Positions 42,384 through 53,879 of a DNA stretch of 64,000 nt are shown piece after piece. This DNA comes from Bifidobacterium breve (GTDB lineage: Bacteria > Actinomycetota > Thermoleophilia > Miltoncostaeales > Miltoncostaeaceae), in the NCBI GenBank assembly GCA_945861935.1, contig CAMAVU010000001.1, forward strand, positions 45,845-109,844, read 5' to 3'. Below the pieces are notes generated by a model. The model was given only the letters and a program-made list of their open reading frames with translations. It did not search any database and was not told the DNA's origin. A program made the position numbers and the translations under genes. Every line of letters begins with the position of its first letter. The first letter of the stretch is position 1.

Positions 42384-43745
42384 TCACGCTGACCGGCCCC
42401 ACCGCCAGACGGTCTTACCCGGGGACACATTGTCGTGGGCATCGGCAGTGGGCAGGACAGACCAGGCCACCGGGACCGCCAGAACCCCATCACCTGGCCA
42501 AGTCCGCTCCATGAAGAGCGGGACCGACTCAGGCCACTGATCCAGTCGGGCCCCGGTTGTGAGGTCACGGATGATCGCATTGACGTTGAGCCATCCCTCT
42601 TGAATCGGCAGGGAAAACGCGATCGCGCACGTGAAACCGCCTCTCTCCTGAGGGAGGGCCCCGGCCATGTCGGAGGAGTGCGTCTCCAGAATGGTCTGGC
42701 GGAGTGAGTCGGTGACGGTGATCTCCATGCTGAGCACGGCGATTGGGTCGTTCGTCTCAACCTCCACTTCCACCACGACCGTTGCACCCGCCGGAAGCCG
42801 CCTCTGGGCGTCAGGATCGGGTGGATCGGTGATCTGCATTCGCTTGATCGTGGCCGAGGGCTCCACCGGCAGTGTGCCCGGGTCGGGGGTGAAGCGGATG
42901 GGGGGTTCCCCGCCCTCCTCCTCGTGGTGATATTCGGGGTCGGCTACGGATGCCGGGGGTGACCAGACCGTGTCTGGAACATCGGCTCCGATTCCACCCT
43001 CCCGGTCCTCGAGCAACTGCTCATAGATAGGGAGCACCTCATCCGGGGAGCCGTCCACGACCACTCGGCCGCCGTCGATCAGGACGGCACGCGAGCATAT
43101 GGTGCGGACCGCGTTCTGATCGTGCGACACAAAGGCAAGGGTCCCACCGTGATCGAGGAAGTGATGGATCCTGTCCATGCACTTCGCCTGGAAGGCGGCG
43201 TCGCCGACGGTGAGGACCTCGTCGAGAAGGAGGATGTCAGGGTTGACGTGGGCGGCCACGGCGAACGCCAGGCGCATCTGCATGCCGCTGGAGTAGGTGC
43301 GCACAGGCATGTCAATGAAATCGGCGAGCTCCGCGAAGTCGATGATCTTCTGGAGGCGCGCTGACACATCCCGGTGGCGCAGGCCGTGGAGCGCCCCGTT
43401 CATAAAGACGTTCTCCCTGCCGGTGAAGTCCGGGTGGAAGCCCGATCCGAGTTCCAGCATGGCGGCGATCGACCCACCGGCTTCGACCGAGCCCGCGTGG
43501 GGCGGGAGAATGCCCGCGAGCACTTTGAGCAAGGTGCTCTTGCCCGCTCCGTTGCGGCCGATGAACGCGACGGCCTCGCCGGAGCGGATGTCGAGGGTGA
43601 CATCGCGCAGTGCCCACAACTCGGAGTAGGCGACGCGCCGCCTGCGCACGATCGTCTCCTTGAGCGTCAGACTGCGCTCGTGGACGATCCGGAAGCGGCG
43701 GGAGACGTGGTGCAACCGCACCTGCCCGCGCACGAGGTTACTCAC
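42384..43745 (-). CDS. wzt: polysaccharide ABC exporter ATP-binding protein (Wzt/TagH type) with C-terminal extension
   Basis: The GTG at 43745 forms a GTGA overlap with the wzm stop. Walker A GRNGAGKST, signature YSSGMQMRLAF and Walker B ILLLDE are present. Residues about 251-453 form an acidic linker plus a beta-rich domain. The track ORF upstream part (to 44435) is antisense or out of frame to wzm. Confidence 0.9.
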   Translation of the reverse strand: MSNLVRGQVRLHHVSRRFRIVHERSLTLKETIVRRRRVAYSELWALRDVTLDIRSGEAVAFIGRNGAGKSTLLKVLAGILPPHAGSVEAGGSIAAMLELGSGFHPDFTGRENVFMNGALHGLRHRDVSARLQKIIDFAELADFIDMPVRTYSSGMQMRLAFAVAAHVNPDILLLDEVLTVGDAAFQAKCMDRIHHFLDHGGTLAFVSHDQNAVRTICSRAVLIDGGRVVVDGSPDEVLPIYEQLLEDREGGIGADVPDTVWSPPASVADPEYHHEEEGGEPPIRFTPDPGTLPVEPSATIKRMQITDPPDPDAQRRLPAGATVVVEVEVETNDPIAVLSMEITVTDSLRQTILETHSSDMAGALPQERGGFTCAIAFSLPIQEGWLNVNAIIRDLTTGARLDQWPESVPLFMERTWPGDGVLAVPVAWSVLPTADAHDNVSPGKTVWRWGRSA

Positions 43746-44545
43746 AACTCGACTGCCATCTCGCGCTCGAGGCGTGCGAATACCTGCCATCCGATGATCA
43801 CCATGGCGATGCTCGCCAGAATGACGTAGAGCGCATCGGCCAGCGGGGGCCAGGTTCCGAAGAAGAGCGTGTCCTGAATACAGATCACGAGGGGCGCGAT
43901 GGGGTTGCCCCAGTGGAGGATGCCGATGAGCACCTCGTGCTCGCGCGCCGCGTCGGGCAGCGTGGAGTACGTGTAGAAGATCGGGGTCAGAAAGAACCAC
44001 GGGACGCCGAGGGCGGCGATGATGTGCTCGACGTCCCGGAAGTACACATTGACCGCTGCGAGAACCAACCCCAGACCGATGGTGAACACGAACGCCACGA
44101 TGAGGAGCGCCGGTAGGGCGATCAGCGGTGCGTAGGAACCCTCCTGCAGCCAGATGCACAGGGGAAGGGCGATGAGCAACATTGCCGCTGCGATGACCGC
44201 ATTGGCGGTGATCGCAGCGGCTGGGATGATCACCCGCGGGAACCGTACTTTCGTGACCAGCGACGCGTTGCTGATGATGCTCTGTGCGCCGACCGACATG
44301 CCCCCGAAGACGAGAGTCCAGACCATGAGGCCGACGAAGAGGAAGAGCGCGTAGTTCTGGATCGGTGACCCGAATAGGAACTTGAACACGACCCAATACG
44401 CCGCGACCACGAGAAGCGGGTTGATGAGCGTCCACGCGAGACCGAGTGCGGAAGCCTTGTAGCGCTGGCGAACCTCGCGTCGTACGAGATTCCGAAACAG
44501 CGGCGCGTATGCCAGTAGGGGGCGAAGCGAGTCCACTGTCCGCAC
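43742..44545 (-). CDS. wzm: polysaccharide ABC exporter permease (Wzm, ABC-2 type)
   Basis: LLAYAPLFRNLVRREVRQRYKASALGLAWTLINPLL is the canonical Wzm/TagG N-terminal motif, with 6 TM segments. The GTG at 44545 sits 1 nt after the upstream stop (TAG, 44547-44549). The track ATG at 44605 would overlap by 59 nt. Confidence 0.85.
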   Translation of the reverse strand: MRTVDSLRPLLAYAPLFRNLVRREVRQRYKASALGLAWTLINPLLVVAAYWVVFKFLFGSPIQNYALFLFVGLMVWTLVFGGMSVGAQSIISNASLVTKVRFPRVIIPAAAITANAVIAAAMLLIALPLCIWLQEGSYAPLIALPALLIVAFVFTIGLGLVLAAVNVYFRDVEHIIAALGVPWFFLTPIFYTYSTLPDAAREHEVLIGILHWGNPIAPLVICIQDTLFFGTWPPLADALYVILASIAMVIIGWQVFARLEREMAVEL

Positions 44546-44546
44546 T

Positions 44547-45053
44547 CTATTGGACGGTCGCCCCCGCTGCGATCGCGGCCTCGATCGCAGCGTCCACGAC
44601 GGCACCTACGCCGTCGTCGAACCCGGTGGCCGGGTCGATCCCCAGGGTTTGTGCGAGCGCAGGCGCTGTCCCGAGGACGCGCCGTACGGTGAAACGGTCG
44701 AGCGGGGAGGGGGGAGCGAGGACCCCGTCGCCCCCCGGCCCCCCGGCCATCACCGCAATCGGCGGGGCGAAGGGTGCGATGGCGGCGGCCTCGGCCGGAT
44801 CGATCACCACGACGGCGTCCGAGGAGGTGATCTGTGTCCGGCTGATGGCATCCACATGACGTACGCCCACGAGCGGGATCAGGACCCGGGGTCGCGGGTC
44901 GCCATGGTGGATCAGCATGGGATCACCCACGCCAATCAAAAACGATGCGCAGGGCAGCCCGGATCGTGAGTGGTCCGTCAGGCGCTCGCAGAGTGCGAGC
45001 GCGAAGGCCGCGGTGCCGCCCGCAGCGTCGCGTCCGCAGCGTATGACGCTCAT
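44547..45053 (-). CDS. hypothetical protein (168 aa) embedded between GT4 and wzm
   Basis: The ATG at 45053 forms an ATGA overlap with the upstream GT4 stop. Sequence begins MSVIRCGRDAAGGTAAFALALCERL... No recognisable motif. Ala/Gly/Pro-rich but in the operon frame. The 260-aa track version has an Arg-rich extension. Confidence 0.45.
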   Translation of the reverse strand: MSVIRCGRDAAGGTAAFALALCERLTDHSRSGLPCASFLIGVGDPMLIHHGDPRPRVLIPLVGVRHVDAISRTQITSSDAVVVIDPAEAAAIAPFAPPIAVMAGGPGGDGVLAPPSPLDRFTVRRVLGTAPALAQTLGIDPATGFDDGVGAVVDAAIEAAIAAGATVQ

Positions 45054-46096
45054 GCAAGCGTCCTGATGAAGTCCTGCAGCCGGGCCGTGGTCCGTTCGGC
45101 GGAATGGTGAGATATCTGTTCGCGCCGCGCGCTCTCCGGCACCCCGATGTCCCCGGACAGCACGCCGAGCAGCGCTTCGGCGACGAGGGACGGGCTCTTG
45201 TCGTCGAGCACGATCCCAGCATGCCCGAGCGTCTCCGCAACGGCGCCCGCGCGGAAGGCGACCACCGGAATGCCAGCCTCCAGAGCCTCGACGATGGGTA
45301 CGCAAAAGCCCTCGTGCTCGGAGAGGCACAGGAAGGCATCTGCCGTCGCATACTCGTGGGCAAGGTCTGCATCGCTCACGGAGCCCAGGAACTCCACTTG
45401 GTCCGCGACCCTCAGATCACGTGCGAGGACGTGGCAATACGCGGTGTAGGCAGGGGAGCCACCCCAGGAGCCAACGAGCCGGAGCCGGACCTCGACCCCG
45501 ACCTGACCCAATGCCGCCACAACGAGAATGCAGGAGTGCTGGGCCTTGTTCGGCACGCCACGACCGACGAAGAGAATGCGCGGTGGCCCGGGGTGCCGGG
45601 TGCGAGCGGGTGTGGGGCCGCCATCCGGGCGGAGGACGCCGATCACAGCAACGGGGGGGAATCCAAGGGCATCCATCTCCTCGGCGTTGAAGGCGGAGTC
45701 CGCTGCGGCACCAATGACCCGTGGCGCGAACGCGACCAATCGTGCCCGGCCCTCTCGGCACTGCGCTGCAAGGTTCGGATTGAACGTCCAGAGCAGGTCT
45801 GCCGGGGTGATGTTGTGGTAGTGGATCGCGCACGCGCTGCAGTGCTCGACGACATGGGTAAATGCGGGGCTTTCAATCGAGTAGTGGAGGATGGCGGCTG
45901 CATCGGTCCCTGCGGTCACGCGCCAGCCGTTCACGTCGCGTACCTCGTCCGCCAGATCCGCTGCCAGATGGCGCGGATCGCAATAGACCTCCGACGGATG
46001 GCCCATTGCCCGTATGACACCGCGGGCCCGGAACACGTGGCGGGTGATCGCGTCCTGCCGCGTCGCGCCAGCCACGACCTGATGGATGGGCCTCAC
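45050..46096 (-). CDS. GT4-family glycosyltransferase
   Basis: The GTG at 46096 forms a GTGA overlap with the upstream stop. RILFVGRGVPNKAQH and LSEHEGFCVPIVEALEAGIPVVA (EX7E). Confidence 0.75.
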   Translation of the reverse strand: MRPIHQVVAGATRQDAITRHVFRARGVIRAMGHPSEVYCDPRHLAADLADEVRDVNGWRVTAGTDAAAILHYSIESPAFTHVVEHCSACAIHYHNITPADLLWTFNPNLAAQCREGRARLVAFAPRVIGAAADSAFNAEEMDALGFPPVAVIGVLRPDGGPTPARTRHPGPPRILFVGRGVPNKAQHSCILVVAALGQVGVEVRLRLVGSWGGSPAYTAYCHVLARDLRVADQVEFLGSVSDADLAHEYATADAFLCLSEHEGFCVPIVEALEAGIPVVAFRAGAVAETLGHAGIVLDDKSPSLVAEALLGVLSGDIGVPESARREQISHHSAERTTARLQDFIRTLA

Positions 46097-47310
46097 GCGA
46101 GGGCCGCGATGCTGTCGATGAGGTGCTCCCCGACGGCCGCCCAACGGAATCGCTCCATGACGTATTCCCTGCCGGCGATGGCGAGATGGTCGTGGGTGTT
46201 CGGGCTCTCCTCGAGCATGAGGACCGCTTCGGCGAACTCTGCGGGGTTTGCCCACCACAGGCCACCACCACTCGCTGTGCAGTGCTCTACGAGCACCGGG
46301 CTGTGCGCGGTGACGAGCACCGGGGTTCCGGCGAGCCACGCCTCGAGGAGGACCAGGCCCAAGCTCTCCATCCGCGAGGGGTGGACGAGCAGAAACGCAC
46401 CGGCATAGGCCACGGCCATGTCCGTGTGGTCCACGAACCCGAGGTCGACGACGTGCGGTATCAGGTCATCTGGGACGGGGAGCTCACCGGAGCCCACGAG
46501 CACGAGGGGTCGAGGTCGGTCGGTGGCCTGCCTGTACGCGCGGTACGCACGGTAAAGGTCGGGCACACCCTTGCCGATCTCCCGCCGACCCGCGTATAGG
46601 AGATACCCGGGCGTGAGTCCGTGCCGTGATGTGAAGGCGCGCACTTCATCTGTGCTGGGGATCGGGCGCTCCTCATAGCCCACTCCGATCACAGGACACG
46701 CGGAGATATCACCGCACCGTGTGGGGAGACTGCCGATGATCGTACGGGCGAGGTCTCGCTCGCCGGTCGAATTGAAGAACAGCCCACGGGACGACGCGAG
46801 GGCCGTGCGCACGACGCGCGCGCGCGCGTGGGCCTCATCGTGCAGGCAGGGGAACACGATCGATCTCGTCGGCCGGGCGACGACGGTCCAGAACGTGGTG
46901 CCGAAGAGGTAGGGCATGGCGATGGTCCAGTCCCCTGCCTGTGACCCGCCCACGGCATCCAAGATGCCTTGCGCCCATACCGAGTTCGCCATCCACAGCA
47001 ACTCGTCCGCGTAGTCGACGCGCTGACCTCTCGCGATCTCGGCGTGCAGGGCACTCCACTGATCGTGGTTGCGTGGGCCGACCGGGTACCGATGAACCTC
47101 CACGCCCTCCTCGATCGTGATCCCGGGAGGCAGGGCGTCGGCCCACATGAAATGGTCAACGGCGCATGTCGTGAGCACTCGGACCCGTGCGCCTGCACGC
47201 GTGAGGTGAACGGCGAACATGCGGCAGAGTGTCTCGGCACCGCCCACCACGGATTGCCCATACCGGGGCACAACGAAGTCGAGGGCGAGGTCACCCGCGT
47301 TGGTTGTCAC
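46093..47310 (-). CDS. GT4/GT1-family glycosyltransferase
   Basis: 405 aa with VVPRYGQSVVGGAETLCR, LLYAGRREIGKG and HPSRMESLGLVLLEAWLAGTPVLV (EX7E). The GTG start forms a GTGA overlap with the upstream ORF. Confidence 0.75.
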   Translation of the reverse strand: MTTNAGDLALDFVVPRYGQSVVGGAETLCRMFAVHLTRAGARVRVLTTCAVDHFMWADALPPGITIEEGVEVHRYPVGPRNHDQWSALHAEIARGQRVDYADELLWMANSVWAQGILDAVGGSQAGDWTIAMPYLFGTTFWTVVARPTRSIVFPCLHDEAHARARVVRTALASSRGLFFNSTGERDLARTIIGSLPTRCGDISACPVIGVGYEERPIPSTDEVRAFTSRHGLTPGYLLYAGRREIGKGVPDLYRAYRAYRQATDRPRPLVLVGSGELPVPDDLIPHVVDLGFVDHTDMAVAYAGAFLLVHPSRMESLGLVLLEAWLAGTPVLVTAHSPVLVEHCTASGGGLWWANPAEFAEAVLMLEESPNTHDHLAIAGREYVMERFRWAAVGEHLIDSIAALA

Positions 47311-47711
47311 GCCGACGCGGCCGGTTTCACGGCGGAGAGGGCCCTCTCGAGTTCGTCCACCCGCGCCTGCAGGAGAGCGACCTCCCGAGCCAGCCCGGCG
47401 AGGTGGTGCAGGAGGAGGCCATTGAACGTCGTTGCCCGGCAGGCCAGATCGTCAACGGGCTGTCGAGTCGCACGGACAAGGACATGCTTCGCGCCGGTCA
47501 CGGCGCCGCCGATCACCGGCTTCGTGGATCGGACGACTGATGGGTCGGGGGCGACATCCACCAGTCGTTCCAGGCGGGCGAGCCCGTCGGCATCCACTGG
47601 TTCCGGCCCCGGACGTATCTCATCGGAGAGCGCGTCGATGGAGTAGAGGCCCTGCGCCTTCTTCTCAGCGACGCGTCGGTGGAGCTCATCCATCAGGTCG
47701 GATTCGTTCAT
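47307..47711 (-). CDS. hypothetical coiled-coil protein, first gene of the GT4-GT4-wzm-wzt operon
   Basis: 134 aa. The N-terminal LMDELHRRVAEKKAQGLYS motif recalls N-termini of methyltransferase or GT-associated proteins in O-antigen loci. C-terminal coiled coil LAREVALLQARVDELERAL. Confidence 0.5.
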   Translation of the reverse strand: MNESDLMDELHRRVAEKKAQGLYSIDALSDEIRPGPEPVDADGLARLERLVDVAPDPSVVRSTKPVIGGAVTGAKHVLVRATRQPVDDLACRATTFNGLLLHHLAGLAREVALLQARVDELERALSAVKPAASA

Positions 47712-47817
47712 GGTCTCCCGCTTGTTGGTTCCTCAGCGCGACCGACGCGGGAGCATCCGTGAGTGGACTTGCACGTCCGTCGCCGCCCAACCTCCGGTAA
47801 GGGTAGCGTGCAGACCC

Positions 47818-49736
<1,919 letters not shown>

Positions 49737-49926
49737 GCGGGGTGGGGTGGGGGATCGGGCCTGATGGAGGCCGATACCAGGCCCGGCGTCGTTCCGGAGC
49801 CGGGGTTCGACGTCGTGGACCGCCACCGCCGAGTCGGGCCATCGGTTGCAGGCGGTGACGAGGTGGCACCGCGCATCGTGCCGTGCCCCGAACGAATCCT
49901 CCCGGGGCCGCCCCTATCCTGCCCCC

Positions 49927-51078
49927 GTGGCCCCTGTTCCGTCCCGCGTGGTCTTCGTCACCTACTACTACAGCCCCTACATCAGCGGGCTGACCCTGTG
50001 CACGCGCTCCCTCGCCGAGGGCCTCGTGCGCCGGGGATGGGAGGTACACGTCGTGTGCGGCCGTCATGACCCCGGCACGGCGCGCGAGGAGGTCATCGGG
50101 GGGGTCCGCGTCCACCGTCTCGCCACTGTCGGCGGTGTGGACAGAGGCATCATCGTGCCGGGCCTCGTGCCTGCGGCGCTCCTGCGGGCTGGGCGCGACG
50201 GGATGATCGTGCCGGTGCTCCCGCTCGTCGAGGCCGCCGCCATCGGGTGCATGCGTCCGCGCGAACGGGTGGTGCCGTTCTACGTATGCGACCTTCGCCT
50301 GGCGCACACGGCCGTCTCCCGGCTGATCGAGCGCGCCGCGCACGCCAGCGCACGCGCCGCCATCCGTCGCTCGGTCGCATTCATGGCCCTCTCGGAGGAG
50401 TACGCGCGCTCCTCCCGGGTGGTCGGGCACCTGGACCGGCCGGTCATCGGTGTCCTGCCGCCGGTGGACCCTGGCCGCTTCGTACCCACCGACTCCGCTC
50501 GGCTCCGCTCCCGACTCGGCGTGCCGCGTGGCTCCCGGCTCGTCGGGTTCGTCGGGCGGCTCGTCCCCGAGAAGGGCCTGCCGGTGCTGATGGACGCGGT
50601 GGAGCGCGTCCGGGTGTCACGACCCGACGTCCGGCTCATCATCGCCGGCGAGGGGGACACAGTGGCGGGCGGTGGTCTGGGTGCCGCCGTGCGTACACGT
50701 GCTGCCACCGATGACTGGGTCGTGGTGACCGGCTTCATGCCGGATGCGGACCTTCCGGCCTTTCACTCGATGCTCGATGTCCTGGCCCTGCCGAGCGTGG
50801 ACCCCCTTGAGGCCTACGGCATTGTGCAGGTGGAGGCCATGTTGTGTGGCACCCCCGTCATCGCCAGTGACATGCCAGGCGTCCGGATACCGGTGAGCCG
50901 GACGGGGATGGGTCTCCTCGCGCCCCCGGGGGACCCCGACGCGCTCGCCGACGCGCTCGGCCGGGTGCTCGATGACCCCGGCGCCTTCACCGCGGATCGT
51001 GAGGCGGTGATCAGGGCGATCGATCCCGAGGAGGGGATCAACGCGTTGGCAGACCTTCTCCATCGGCTCGCTGTGTAG
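49927..51078 (+). CDS. GT4-family glycosyltransferase
   Basis: Start set at the GTG at 49927. RVVFVTYYYSPYISGLT, VGFVGRLVPEKG and EAYGIVQVEAMLCGTPVIAS (EX7E). Confidence 0.8.
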   Translation: MAPVPSRVVFVTYYYSPYISGLTLCTRSLAEGLVRRGWEVHVVCGRHDPGTAREEVIGGVRVHRLATVGGVDRGIIVPGLVPAALLRAGRDGMIVPVLPLVEAAAIGCMRPRERVVPFYVCDLRLAHTAVSRLIERAAHASARAAIRRSVAFMALSEEYARSSRVVGHLDRPVIGVLPPVDPGRFVPTDSARLRSRLGVPRGSRLVGFVGRLVPEKGLPVLMDAVERVRVSRPDVRLIIAGEGDTVAGGGLGAAVRTRAATDDWVVVTGFMPDADLPAFHSMLDVLALPSVDPLEAYGIVQVEAMLCGTPVIASDMPGVRIPVSRTGMGLLAPPGDPDALADALGRVLDDPGAFTADREAVIRAIDPEEGINALADLLHRLAV

Positions 51079-51131
51079 GGCCGCGCGTCGTCCCCGCATC
51101 GGATCGTCGTCCCCCCGCGCGATTCCCGTTC

Positions 51132-52001
51132 TCAGGCAGAGCCGAGCACCGCGATGGACAGGATGATCCAGAGGATCACGCTTATCTGGATGGGACGATC
51201 CGTCCAGGCGATCTGTGTGGGGCTCTCACCCTGCGCTGCATGGAGGAGCAGCCACAGGTACCGGAGCACGCCGTATGCGACGACTGGCAGCGTCAGCACC
51301 ATCCAGGGGGTGGTGCCTCCGGTTGCCGTGTACGCGGCGTAGGCGGCGATGGTGAGGGTGGCGGTGGAGACCAGCATCGCATCGAGAAAGGGCCCGCTGT
51401 AGTTCGCGAGCACGCGACGGCTGTGGGCCCGTTGCGGATGGTCCAAGGTGACCGCCTCATACCGGCGCTTCCCGAACCCGAGCAGCATGGCCAGCAGGCC
51501 CGTGCAGATGAGGATCCACGGGGACGGCACCACGGCGATCGCCGCGCATCCGGCGACGACGCGCACGACGAAGCCCGCGGCGATGCCCATCACGTCGAGG
51601 ATCACCTCGTGCTTCATCCAGAGCGTGTAGCAGAGGGTGATGGCCAGGTAGGCGAGAATGCACAGGGTGAAGCGCAGTCCGATCACCGCTCCGAGGCCGA
51701 CGGACCCTACGGCCAGGACCGCTGACGCGGTGAGGGCGGTCGCCACCCGAAGGTGACCTGCGGCGATGGGTCGGTCGCGCTTACGCGGATGGAGGCGGTC
51801 CGCCTCGCGGTCGAGCACGTCGTTGAGGAGATAGGTCGCGCTCGACGCGAGGCAGAAGGCGATCACCGCGAGCGCAGCCCGCGCGAACAGCGGCCCGTCG
51901 AAGATGTCGTCCGCGAAGATCAGCGGCGCCCCCACGAAGCCGTTCTTGATCCACTGCTCCGGGCGGAGCGAGCGGGCGAGGGCGACTCCGGTGCCGGTCA
52001 C
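51132..52001 (-). CDS. UbiA-family prenyl-phosphate phosphoribosyltransferase (decaprenyl-phosphate 5-phosphoribosyltransferase-like)
   Basis: The GTG at 52001 forms a GTGA overlap with the rmlC stop. LRPEQWIKN and YLLNDVLDREADRLHPRKRDRPIAAG are colinear with M. tuberculosis Rv3806c (NDVRDVEADR.HPTKRFRPIAAG). About 8 TM segments. Confidence 0.8.
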   Translation of the reverse strand: MTGTGVALARSLRPEQWIKNGFVGAPLIFADDIFDGPLFARAALAVIAFCLASSATYLLNDVLDREADRLHPRKRDRPIAAGHLRVATALTASAVLAVGSVGLGAVIGLRFTLCILAYLAITLCYTLWMKHEVILDVMGIAAGFVVRVVAGCAAIAVVPSPWILICTGLLAMLLGFGKRRYEAVTLDHPQRAHSRRVLANYSGPFLDAMLVSTATLTIAAYAAYTATGGTTPWMVLTLPVVAYGVLRYLWLLLHAAQGESPTQIAWTDRPIQISVILWIILSIAVLGSA

Positions 52002-52546
52002 CCGGTCCGGTATCCGAATACCAGCGCGTCGCGGATGTCTGCGAGACACGGAGCGTCGGCGTCGCGTGCCGAGAGGTGGCGCTGGGCGGAGGGCCACTCG
52101 ATCCCGATCGCCGGGTCGTCATGGGCGATCGTCAGTTCCGCCCCCGCGTCGTAGTACGACGAGCACCGGTATGTCACATCAGCACCGGCATCGCTCAGCA
52201 CCGCGAAACCATGGGCGAACCCCACGGGGATGTACATCTGCCGGTGATTGACGTCATCGAGGATGACGGTCTGGTACATCCCGAAGCGGGGGGACGGGGG
52301 ACGTACATCCACCACGACATCGAAGATGCGTCCTCGGGCACATCGTACGATCTTCGCCTGGCCCCCACCCGCTTGGACGTGCAGGCCCCGCACGACACCA
52401 TGGGCCGAGTGGGAGTGGTTGTCCTGCACGAACGGGTGGTCGATCCCCAGCTCGCGCATCCGGCTATCGCGAAACGTCTCAAGGAACCATCCACGTTCAT
52501 CGTGGTGCACGGCCGGTTCGATGACGATGGGTTCCCGTGGGGTCAC
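51998..52546 (-). CDS. rmlC: dTDP-4-dehydrorhamnose 3,5-epimerase-family protein
   Basis: 182 aa with HDERGWFLETF, VVRGLHVQ, KIVRCARGRIFDVVVD and YIPVGFAHGF (cupin RmlC motifs). Confidence 0.9.
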   Translation of the reverse strand: MTPREPIVIEPAVHHDERGWFLETFRDSRMRELGIDHPFVQDNHSHSAHGVVRGLHVQAGGGQAKIVRCARGRIFDVVVDVRPPSPRFGMYQTVILDDVNHRQMYIPVGFAHGFAVLSDAGADVTYRCSSYYDAGAELTIAHDDPAIGIEWPSAQRHLSARDADAPCLADIRDALVFGYRTG

Positions 52547-52604
52547 CGGTCAAGGCTAGTCGGTGCATTGGGGCGCGGGCGGCAGGCCGTAGAGTGACCA
52601 CGTC

Positions 52605-53879
52605 GTGAGCACCGGATCCTTCACGCGCGGAGCGGTCCTCGTGGGGGTCGCCACCATGGCAGCCAACGCACTCGTCTTCGCGTCGCTGGTAATCGCGAGC
52701 CGCTGGCTGGGCCCCTTGGGCTACGGCGTGGTCGGCGCGATGCTCGGGCTCTTGCTGATCGTCGCGGTGCCGTGTGTGACCTTCCAGACGCATGTCGCGC
52801 GCGAGGTCGCCGCCGCCGGCACGCGCGGTGGGGGGCGGGGGAACTCATCCGCCATCGTCCAACGGCGTATGCGGCAAGCCGCAGCGGGCGGGGTGGCGGT
52901 CCTCGTTCTGTCCGTGGCCGTCGCCTGGCCGCTCGCAGGGTTGTTCGATCTGGCGAGCCCGCTCCCGATCATCGTCACGGGCATGGCAGCGCTGCCGTAC
53001 CTGCTGGTCACCGTCCTGCGGGGTGAGATGCAGGGCCGCGAGGCGTTCGGGGCCCTCGGCGTCAACTTCATCGTCGAGACCGTCGGGCGGCTCGCCTTCG
53101 TGGTGGTGGCGCTCGCCTCCGGTCTGGGGGAGGTGGGTGTGTGCGCGGCCCCGGCTGTCGGCGCCGTCATCGCGCTGGTCTGGGCATGGCGCGCGCACCT
53201 CCGGTCCGCCCCCACCGGTGACGACTCGCGGGATGGGTTCCTGTCCGGCCTCATCCCCACGCTCGTGTACTTCTCGGCATTTGCCGCCCTCACCAACGTG
53301 GATGTCCTCGTCGCGCGCGCCCGGCTCGACGCCCTTGCCTCCGGCGACTACGCGGCCGCGGCCTTCTTCGGGAAGATCGTCCTTCTCGTGGCGCTGGCGA
53401 TCAGCATCGTGCTCGTCCCGAAGGTCGCGGTGCGGCACGGGGAACGCCGGGGGTCCATCGATCTTCTCGCGGCCGCGCTCGTCTACACCCTCGTCCTGTG
53501 CGGCGCCGTGGCCGCGGTGGGCTTCGTGGCCCCCGACCTTGTGCTCGCCCTCACCACCGGCTCGGAGTTCGCGGGAGCGGCCGATGTGCTCGGGCCATAC
53601 GGGCTCGCGATGGCGGCCTTCGCTGGCGTGACGGTATGCGGTCTGCACCTGCTCGCCCTCGGGCGCTTCCTCGCCGCCGGCATCTGCGCCATCGTGGTGC
53701 CCCTCGAGTTCACGGCGCTCATCATGGTGCCTGCGTCCGGCCGCGATCTCGCGTGGATTCTCGCGGCGACCGGCGGATTGGTCCTCGTCCTCGTCCTTGC
53801 CGCATCCCTTCGCGCGGAGGCGCGACCCCGCCACGAGATCCCCGGCGAGATCACCGTCGGCGGAGGCGAACTCGTGTGA
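52605..53879 (+). CDS. polysaccharide/oligosaccharide flippase-like membrane protein (MOP/Wzx-type)
   Basis: 424 aa, about 12 TM segments, with an N-terminus typical of polysaccharide biosynthesis (Wzx-like) proteins ([33 protein letters not shown]). Assignment rests on topology and context only. Confidence 0.55.
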   Translation: MSTGSFTRGAVLVGVATMAANALVFASLVIASRWLGPLGYGVVGAMLGLLLIVAVPCVTFQTHVAREVAAAGTRGGGRGNSSAIVQRRMRQAAAGGVAVLVLSVAVAWPLAGLFDLASPLPIIVTGMAALPYLLVTVLRGEMQGREAFGALGVNFIVETVGRLAFVVVALASGLGEVGVCAAPAVGAVIALVWAWRAHLRSAPTGDDSRDGFLSGLIPTLVYFSAFAALTNVDVLVARARLDALASGDYAAAAFFGKIVLLVALAISIVLVPKVAVRHGERRGSIDLLAAALVYTLVLCGAVAAVGFVAPDLVLALTTGSEFAGAADVLGPYGLAMAAFAGVTVCGLHLLALGRFLAAGICAIVVPLEFTALIMVPASGRDLAWILAATGGLVLVLVLAASLRAEARPRHEIPGEITVGGGELV

